The translations under genes and the position numbers were made by a program. Positions 25,415 through 32,000 of a stretch of 32,000 bases of DNA are shown here, one piece after another (position 1 is the stretch's first letter; each line of letters begins with the position of its first letter). The notes under the pieces were generated by a model that saw only the letters and a list, made by a program, of their open reading frames with translations, was not told the origin of the DNA and ran no database searches. Origin of the DNA: an uncultured Planctomycetia bacterium (GTDB lineage: Bacteria > Omnitrophota > Gorgyraeia > Duberdicusellales > 4484-171); contig CAZHYN010000003.1 of the NCBI GenBank assembly GCA_964536865.1, forward strand, positions 30,001 to 62,000. Direction: 5' to 3'.

Positions 25415-26505
25415 TATTTTTTCATTTTGTTGATTTTTTCTATAATTGCCTGAGCCATTTCTTTTGTTCCTACTGCAGTAGGATCCTCTCTTTGCTGTTT
25501 CAAATCGTAGGTTACGAATTTACCTTCCTTTATTACTTGGTAAGTGGCTTCTTCTAGAAGTTTAGCTTTTTCTATTTCCCCTAGATATTTTAACATCATT
25601 ACTCCGGAAAGAATTGTAGCTGTAGGATTAACTTTATTTTTTCCTGCGTATTTAGGAGCAGCTCCATGAACTGGTTCAAATACAGCAAATTCTTTGCCAA
25701 TATTAGCTCCTGGAGCTACCCCCAATCCTCCAATTAAACCTGCACATATCTCCGAAATAATATCTCCATAGAGATTGGGTAAAACTAATACATCAAAGAT
25801 TTCTGGTTTTAAAATTAGTTGCATACATAAATTATCTACAATAACATCCTCAGCTATTATGTTAGGATATCTAGATGCTATTCCTTTAAAACAACTTAAA
25901 AATAATCCGTCAGTAGCTTTCATTATATTTGCTTTGTGTACACAAGTTATTTTCTTTCTCTCTTCTCTTTGTGCCCATTCAAAGGCGAATTCAATAACTC
26001 TTTCTGAGGCTGATTGCGAAATAGGTTTTATAGATATTGCTGAGTCTTTTAGAATATTTTTTCCACTCAATCGACTTAGTTCCTCTATTAAATTTTCTGT
26101 GGAGGATTCTCCTTTAAAAAATTCTATTCCCGCATATAAATCTTCACTATTTTCTCTTATCACCACGATATTTACGTTTTTATGTTTAGAGGGTATTCCT
26201 GCAATAGATTTAGCAGGTCTTACGCAAGCAAAGAGGTTTAAAGTTTGACGCAAAGCTACATTTACAGAACGGAAACCACTTCCTATAGGGGTGATTATAG
26301 GGCCTTTTAAAGCTACTTTATTCTTTCTGATAGAATTTAAAGTTTCCTTAGGAAGCAAGGAGTTTTTTTCTCTGAGTGCAGGTTCTCCAGCTAAAGCAAT
26401 TTCCCATTCTATTTCTATTCCCAAAGCATCTATGCATTGCCGTGCTGCTTGAGTAACCTCTGGTCCTATTCCATCACCAGGTATAAGAGTAATTTTATAG
26501 CCCAT
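25414..26505 (-). CDS. icd: Isocitrate dehydrogenase (prokaryotic Icd-type member of the isocitrate/isopropylmalate DH family)
   Basis: [44 protein letters not shown] and VHKANIMK look like Icd rather than LeuB. At 363 aa it is shorter than E. coli-type Icd. Confidence 0.7.
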   Translation of the reverse strand: MGYKITLIPGDGIGPEVTQAARQCIDALGIEIEWEIALAGEPALREKNSLLPKETLNSIRKNKVALKGPIITPIGSGFRSVNVALRQTLNLFACVRPAKSIAGIPSKHKNVNIVVIRENSEDLYAGIEFFKGESSTENLIEELSRLSGKNILKDSAISIKPISQSASERVIEFAFEWAQREERKKITCVHKANIMKATDGLFLSCFKGIASRYPNIIAEDVIVDNLCMQLILKPEIFDVLVLPNLYGDIISEICAGLIGGLGVAPGANIGKEFAVFEPVHGAAPKYAGKNKVNPTATILSGVMMLKYLGEIEKAKLLEEATYQVIKEGKFVTYDLKQQREDPTAVGTKEMAQAIIEKINKMKK

Positions 26506-27011
26506 TACTGTTTAATTTGAAAATCTTTATATTTTTTTAGGTAATTAATAATTCCCTTTTCTTTTATAAGGTTTTTGCGAAATTCATCCAAAGGGTGAAA
26601 AGATATTTCTCCTCCTCTAGTTATATTTTTTATCGTTCCTTTATCGATATCTACACGGATAATGTCCCCTTCTTGTAAGGAATCGGTATCTGCCTCCACT
26701 AATGGTAGTCCTATATTGAATGCATTTCTATAAAATATCCGCGCAAAGCTTTTAGCTACTACACATACAATCTTAGCTTCTTTTATTACCCAAGGTGCTT
26801 GTTCTCGAGAAGAGCCTAATCCAAAATTTAGACCCGCCACCACTATGGATTTGTTGGGAATGATTTCTTCAAAAAAATTAGGCCTTATATCTTCAAAAAT
26901 ATGTTGAGCTAGTTTTTTCATATCAGTAATAGAAAATTTATATCTACCAGATATTATCCAATCAGTATTTATATTGTCACCAAACCTAAAAACTTTACCT
27001 TCAAAAATCAT
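26505..27011 (-). CDS. leuD: Aconitase-family dehydratase small subunit (LeuD/HacB type)
   Basis: GDNINTDWIISGRY swivel-domain motif. 168 aa, archaeal-type short form. Confidence 0.85.
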   Translation of the reverse strand: MIFEGKVFRFGDNINTDWIISGRYKFSITDMKKLAQHIFEDIRPNFFEEIIPNKSIVVAGLNFGLGSSREQAPWVIKEAKIVCVVAKSFARIFYRNAFNIGLPLVEADTDSLQEGDIIRVDIDKGTIKNITRGGEISFHPLDEFRKNLIKEKGIINYLKKYKDFQIKQ

Positions 27012-28057
27012 AAATTTTCAAACTCCATTATATTTTTAACTTTACTTATAGCTACATCTCTAGTAATTATTCCTTTCTTATACAATTCCTTTAGGCACTT
27101 ATCCATCGTATGCATTCCGTATTGAGCTCCCATTTGAATTAAAGAAGGAATTTGCGCTATTTCCCCTTCCCTTATTAGGTTTCTTATTCCTGGGGTAGCA
27201 ATCATAACCTCAGTAGCTAATACTCTTCCTAAACCGTCTGCTCTTGGTAAGAGAAGTTGGGAGATTACTCCTTGAAGACAATCAGCGAGTTGAACTCTTA
27301 TCTGCTTTTGCTGATGGGGAGGGAAAACATCAATAATTCTTTGAACGGTTTGAGGGGCATCAGGTGTATGTAAGGTAGCTAAAACCAGATGTCCCGTTTC
27401 CGCAGCTGTTAAAGTAGTAGCGATAGTTTCTAAATCTCGCATCTCCCCTACTACAATTACATTAGGATCTTGTCTTAAAGCTCTTCTTAAGGCTTCGGGA
27501 AAAGAGTGAGTATCTGCGTAAACTTCTCTTTGTTTTATTATACTTTTCTTGTTATTATGGTAGAATTCTATAGGGTCCTCTATACAAATAATTATTTCTT
27601 TTCTTTCTTTGTTTATTACATCAATCATTGCTGCTAAAGTAGTACTTTTACCTGTTCCTGTAGGACCAGTTACTAATACTAAGCCATTAGGTTTTCTTAT
27701 TAAATCGTAAGCTACTAAAGGAACTCCTAACTCATCTAGAGGGGGAATTTCTCTAGGGATACGCCTTAAAGCTGCTTCTACATTCCCTTTTTGATAGTGG
27801 ACATTTACACGAAATCTATCCATATTAGGAATAGAAAAAGAAAAATCCAACTCTTTGTCTTTTTCAAATATAGCCTTTTGATCATCAGTTAAGATACTAT
27901 ATATGAGAGCCTTTGTTTGTTCTGAATTTAAAGGAGGTAGATCTGTAAGGTGAAGTTTTCCATCGATCCTTAACACAGGAGGAGAGTTTACAGTAATATG
28001 TAAGTCACTAGCTTCTTTCTCCATAGCAAGTTTTAAAAGACTAGTCATGTCCATCAT
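27008..28057 (-). CDS. pilT: Type IV pilus retraction ATPase PilT
   Basis: Walker A GPTGTGKST, Walker B/Asp box VVGEMRD, His box LATLHT and the PilT signature GIRNLIREGE. 349 aa. Confidence 0.92.
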   Translation of the reverse strand: MMDMTSLLKLAMEKEASDLHITVNSPPVLRIDGKLHLTDLPPLNSEQTKALIYSILTDDQKAIFEKDKELDFSFSIPNMDRFRVNVHYQKGNVEAALRRIPREIPPLDELGVPLVAYDLIRKPNGLVLVTGPTGTGKSTTLAAMIDVINKERKEIIICIEDPIEFYHNNKKSIIKQREVYADTHSFPEALRRALRQDPNVIVVGEMRDLETIATTLTAAETGHLVLATLHTPDAPQTVQRIIDVFPPHQQKQIRVQLADCLQGVISQLLLPRADGLGRVLATEVMIATPGIRNLIREGEIAQIPSLIQMGAQYGMHTMDKCLKELYKKGIITRDVAISKVKNIMEFENL

Positions 28058-28072
28058 TGTTCTACCTCCTTC

Positions 28073-29326
28073 TTAATAAAGATATCTTCGAGGATCAGTT
28101 ATTTTACCTTTTATAACAGAGCTAGCTACCGTGGCAGGGGAAGCAAGGTAAATAAAACTATTAGGATTTCCCATTCTCCCTTTAAAATTTCTGTTAGCGG
28201 TAGAGAGAACTACTTCCTTATCTGCTGGTACTCCTTGGTTTGTTCCTACACAAGGTCCACATCCAGGAGGGAGAACAATTGCTCCTGCTTGAATAAGGAT
28301 TTTTATGATACCCCTCGCTAAAGCTAATTTAAATACTTTTTTAGATGCAGGAGCAACAAAAAGCTTTACTTCAGGATGTACCCTCCTTCCCTTTAGTATC
28401 CGTGCAGTTATTTCTAAATCTTCTAATCTTCCATTAGTACATGTTCCAATATAACCTTGGTTTATAGAAAGTCCTTCGATTTCTTCAACAGGCACACCAT
28501 TATCTACGCTATGAGGTTTAGCGATGTAGGGAGAAAGTTTAGAGACATCAAATTCTACAATTTTTTCATATTTCGCATCTTTATCAGGATAAAAAGTTTT
28601 ATATTTTCTAACTCCTATTCTCTCTAAATAATTAAACACTTTTTTGTCAGGAGCTATAATGCCACATTTCGCTCCAAATTCAATACTCATATTTGTTATG
28701 GTTAGTCGTGCATCCAGGGATAGTGCTTTAATTACTTCTCCATCAAATTCCACACACCGATAAGTAGCCCCCCAACAAGTAAATTGTTTGATTATATAAA
28801 GAATAATGTCTTTACTAAAAACCCCTTTAGGTATTTTACCTTTCACAATTATTTTGTAAGTAGAAGGTATCTTAAACCAGTTTTTTCCTGTAACTAAACT
28901 CACTGCCAGATCTGTAGAACCTACGCCTAAACCAATTGCTCCTAAAGCTCCACATGTTGATGTATGAGAATCTGCTCCTAAAATGAGCGCTCCCGGATAA
29001 GCAAAACCTTCTTCAATTACTAGTTGATGAGATATACCTTCCCCAACATCAAAAAGTAAACTTTTCATTTTACTAGTAGCTTCTCTCATTCGAATATGAA
29101 CTTCCGCTACTCCTATGTTGGGAGCAGGTATACTGTGGTCGATAAATTGAGCATATCTTTTAGGATATTTTATATTTTGAGAGAACTTCTCTAAAGCATC
29201 TAGTACTAAAGAGGTAGTTCCATCTTGAGAAAAACAAAAGTCTACTTTACATACAGCTACGTCACCACTTTTTAAAGATTTTTTAGCGTGATGAGAAAAT
29301 ATTTTCTCAGCGATAGTTTTACCCAT
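28073..29326 (-). CDS. leuC: Aconitase-family dehydratase large subunit (LeuC/HacA type)
   Basis: 417-aa archaeal-type large subunit with Fe-S ligand contexts GADSHT, GTCTNGR and PGCGPCVG. Confidence 0.88.
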   Translation of the reverse strand: MGKTIAEKIFSHHAKKSLKSGDVAVCKVDFCFSQDGTTSLVLDALEKFSQNIKYPKRYAQFIDHSIPAPNIGVAEVHIRMREATSKMKSLLFDVGEGISHQLVIEEGFAYPGALILGADSHTSTCGALGAIGLGVGSTDLAVSLVTGKNWFKIPSTYKIIVKGKIPKGVFSKDIILYIIKQFTCWGATYRCVEFDGEVIKALSLDARLTITNMSIEFGAKCGIIAPDKKVFNYLERIGVRKYKTFYPDKDAKYEKIVEFDVSKLSPYIAKPHSVDNGVPVEEIEGLSINQGYIGTCTNGRLEDLEITARILKGRRVHPEVKLFVAPASKKVFKLALARGIIKILIQAGAIVLPPGCGPCVGTNQGVPADKEVVLSTANRNFKGRMGNPNSFIYLASPATVASSVIKGKITDPRRYLY

Positions 29327-30499
29327 TCAAATCCTAGTTAAAAATTCTTTAATGCGCTGTGCTCCTTTTAGTATATTTTCTTCATTAGTAGAAAAACTCA
29401 CTCTTATATACCCCTCTCTTCCAAAGCCTATAGAAGGTATAACTGCTACGAGATATTTATTTAAGAGTTCAGAAGAGAAATCCAAACTACTAAGATTAGT
29501 ATCTTTTATGCTACAAAATAGATAAAAAGTACCTTGAGGTTTTATCAGCTTCAATTTAGGACACTCTAAGAATTTCTCATAGATTAAATCTCTTCTTTTT
29601 TGAAAAGTATCCTTTACAAAGTTATACCAATCTCTATTATTTTCTAACGCCTTAATAGCAGCTATTTGAGCTAAACTATTAGGACAAGAAGTAGTATGGT
29701 CTACTATTTTAGAAGCTTCTTCCACAATTTTTTTGGGAGCGACCATAAAACCTATTCGCCATCCAGTCATAGAAAAGCTCTTAGAAAATCCATTTATGGT
29801 TATTGTTTTATCTCTTAACCCATCTAGAGAAGCAAAACTAGTGTGGATGAGATTATCAAAAAGTATCTTTTCGTATATTTCATCACTTAATACAAAAAGA
29901 GGCGAATTTCCTATTACTTGTGCTATTTCTTCTAATTCCTCTTTAGTATAAGTTATCCCTGTAGGATTGTTAGGATAATTTAAAATTAAAATTTTAGTCT
30001 TGGAAGTAATAAGTGCTTTTAATTTCTTAGGATTTATCTTGAAATTTTCTTCTTCTTGCGTAGATAATATCTTTACCTTTCCTCCAGCAAGTTTAACCAT
30101 TTCAGGATAGCTTACCCAATAGGGAGAAGGAATAATTACTTCTTCTTGAGGATTTAGAAGAGTAAGAAGAGAAATAAATATAGCGAATTTTGCTCCTGCA
30201 GTTACAATTATGTTCTCTTCGTTACAGGGAAATCCGTTTTCTTCGTTTATTTTCTTGGCGATAGCCTTTTTCAGTGAGAGTAGTCCTGTAGAGGGAGTAT
30301 ACTTAGTCGCTCCCTCCTCTAAGGCTTTTTTTGCTGCTTCTTTTATAAATTCTGGTGTGTCAAGATCTGGTTCTCCTCCAGCAAAGTTTACTACGTCTTT
30401 ACCTTCTTTTTTTAGTTTTTTAGCCAATGACGTGAGAGTTAAAGTGGGAGATTTATTTACTAATGGGAGATAACGGTTTATTACCTTTCCCCAATCCAT
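29327..30499 (-). CDS. Class I PLP-dependent aminotransferase (aspartate aminotransferase-like)
   Basis: PLP-lysine motif NGFSKSFSMTGWRIG, plus NYPNNPTG. Confidence 0.88.
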   Translation of the reverse strand: MDWGKVINRYLPLVNKSPTLTLTSLAKKLKKEGKDVVNFAGGEPDLDTPEFIKEAAKKALEEGATKYTPSTGLLSLKKAIAKKINEENGFPCNEENIIVTAGAKFAIFISLLTLLNPQEEVIIPSPYWVSYPEMVKLAGGKVKILSTQEEENFKINPKKLKALITSKTKILILNYPNNPTGITYTKEELEEIAQVIGNSPLFVLSDEIYEKILFDNLIHTSFASLDGLRDKTITINGFSKSFSMTGWRIGFMVAPKKIVEEASKIVDHTTSCPNSLAQIAAIKALENNRDWYNFVKDTFQKRRDLIYEKFLECPKLKLIKPQGTFYLFCSIKDTNLSSLDFSSELLNKYLVAVIPSIGFGREGYIRVSFSTNEENILKGAQRIKEFLTRI

Positions 30500-30512
30500 T
30501 ATAAAACCAAAC

Positions 30513-31028
30513 TTACAGAGAATCTCTTTCTTTCTTAAAAATTGATCTTACTCCTTTGATAAAACTTCTTCTAGGTTTTTCTTCTTTTTTAGGAGGGTGT
30601 AATTCCGATTTCTCTGGTTTTTCTGTAGGAGTTTTTTCTCTCTTTTCTCTCTTTTTTTTCTTCATCTTTTTCTCTCTATGAGTCAATTCTATTAGAGATA
30701 GTTTTGCGCCATCACCTTTTCGAGAAGTTATATCTATTATTCGACTATATCCACCATTTATATCTTTAAAGCGAGGGGCAATCTCTGTAAAAAGTCTCTT
30801 TACTAATTTATGGTCTTCTAATATCCTGTAAGCTAAACGACGATTATGGAGAGTGTCAACCTTACCCCACTCAATTAATTTATCTATCCAGCCTCTTATT
30901 ACTTTTGCCTTTGATTTGGTAGTTCTTATTGCTTCCCAAATAATCAAAGATCTAACTAGATTCTTTATTAAAGCCTTTCTTTGAGCTCGGGAACGAGACA
31001 ATTTTTTAGTTTTTTTTCTGTGTCTCAT
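30513..31028 (-). CDS. rplQ: 50S ribosomal protein L17 with a ~54-aa Lys/Glu-rich C-terminal extension
   Basis: L17 core (MRHRKKTKKLSRSRAQRKAL...GGYSRIIDITSRKGDGAKLSLIEL) followed by HREKKMKKKKREKREKTPTEKPEKSELHPPKKEEKPRRSFIKGVRSIFKKERDSL. Confidence 0.95.
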   Translation of the reverse strand: MRHRKKTKKLSRSRAQRKALIKNLVRSLIIWEAIRTTKSKAKVIRGWIDKLIEWGKVDTLHNRRLAYRILEDHKLVKRLFTEIAPRFKDINGGYSRIIDITSRKGDGAKLSLIELTHREKKMKKKKREKREKTPTEKPEKSELHPPKKEEKPRRSFIKGVRSIFKKERDSL

Positions 31029-32000
31029 ATCATTTGGAGTTTTTTTCTGTCGATTTTCATCCCTAAGGAGAGCCCCATACTCTTCAGAAGATTCACTATC
31101 TCATTTAGTGATTTTTTTCCAAAATTCCTATAAGAAAGCATTTCTGCTTCTGTTTTTTCCACAAGATCTGCCAGAATCCTTATATTCGCTTCCCTTAAAC
31201 AATTAGCGCTTCGTACTGAAAGTTCAAGTTCAGAGACAGGAATTTTGAGTTTTTCATATAAAGAAATTTCTTCGGGAGTGAGTTCCTCTACTTCTTCTTC
31301 GGGGATTTCTCCCAAAGTAAAGAATAACTCCAGATGTTTACTTAGAACTTTAGAGGCATAAATTAAAGCTTCTTTTGGTTCTATGCTTCCATTTGTCCAT
31401 ATTTCTAATATCAGTTTATCATAATCAGTCCTCTTCCCCACTCTGGCATTTTCTACTTTAAAATTTACTTTTTTTATCGGAGTGAATATAGAGTCAATGG
31501 GGATAGTCCCTATAGGCATATCCTCACGCTTATTCATCTCTGCAGGAACAAATCCCCTACCTCTACCAACTTCCATCTCTATTTGAAGATTAGCATCTTT
31601 AGAAGTTAAAGTAGCAATATGGGAATCAGGATTAATCACTTCTATACTCTCATCAGTTATAATATCACCAGCTTTTACCTCTTTTTCTCCCGAAGCTTTT
31701 ATATATATTTTTCTAGATCCTTTAGAATAAGATCTTAGCACAACATTTTTTACGTTGAGCACAATTTGAGGTACATCCTCTTTTACGCCTTTTATAGTAG
31801 AGAATTCATGAGGTACTCCTTCTACTTTTATCGCTGTGATAGCTGCTCCTTCAATAGAAGAAAGGAGAGCTCTTCTTAGGGAGTTTCCTAAAGTTACCCC
31901 ATAACCTCTCTCTAGAGGTTCAGCAATAAATTTTCCATAGTAAGGAGTATAGGATCCTTCTTCAATAATTATCCTTTTAGGAAATTGGAAGTCTCTCCAG
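31025..32000 (-). CDS. rpoA: DNA-directed RNA polymerase alpha subunit, 5' end beyond the window
   Basis: The frame is open from 31999 (WRDFQFPKRIIIEEGSYTPYYGKFIAEPLERGYGVTLGNSLRRALLSSIEGAAITAIKVEGVPHEF...). The C-terminal domain has the ELSVRSANCL motif. The start at 31762 in the ORF track is internal. Confidence 0.95.
   Translation of the reverse strand, partial: WRDFQFPKRIIIEEGSYTPYYGKFIAEPLERGYGVTLGNSLRRALLSSIEGAAITAIKVEGVPHEFSTIKGVKEDVPQIVLNVKNVVLRSYSKGSRKIYIKASGEKEVKAGDIITDESIEVINPDSHIATLTSKDANLQIEMEVGRGRGFVPAEMNKREDMPIGTIPIDSIFTPIKKVNFKVENARVGKRTDYDKLILEIWTNGSIEPKEALIYASKVLSKHLELFFTLGEIPEEEVEELTPEEISLYEKLKIPVSELELSVRSANCLREANIRILADLVEKTEAEMLSYRNFGKKSLNEIVNLLKSMGLSLGMKIDRKKLQMI

Overview
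AT-rich bacterial chromosomal window, coded almost entirely on the minus strand. The right half (17.2-32 kb) is an intact, tightly packed run of core genes. In transcription order these are rpoA (5' end off window), rplQ, an aminotransferase, leuC-like, pilT, leuD-like, icd, mdh and an lpd-like oxidoreductase. They are followed by a REC plus GAF/HD-GYP pair, a glycolipid/acyltransferase cluster that includes a second pcm, and a GAF-ANTAR regulator. The left half (1-17 kb) is an iron and oxidative-stress neighbourhood. It holds rubrerythrin, a ferritin-like protein, a dtxR-feoA-feoA-feoB operon with a near-consensus promoter and DtxR-type operators, two small unknown ORFs, an outer-membrane beta-barrel protein and a B12 radical SAM gene. 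This half is visibly decaying: rubrerythrin is frameshifted, and its partner reductase is frameshifted and internally deleted. There are also collapsed exbB/tonB remnants, a CARDB-like remnant, a multiply disrupted amt, a truncated glnK, and two abutting, diverged, inactivated ISL3-like insertion sequences. I found no rRNA, tRNA, CRISPR array or recognisable defence system. The least explained signals are threefold. First, a ~127-nt GC-rich structured palindromic element is present twice, with compensatory changes that favour a minus-strand RNA. Second, there is an array of 17 phased ACGTT octamers in a gene-free stretch. Third, a DtxR-type box lies in front of two unknown small ORFs and the beta-barrel gene. 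All similarity calls come from reading motifs by eye; no database search was run.
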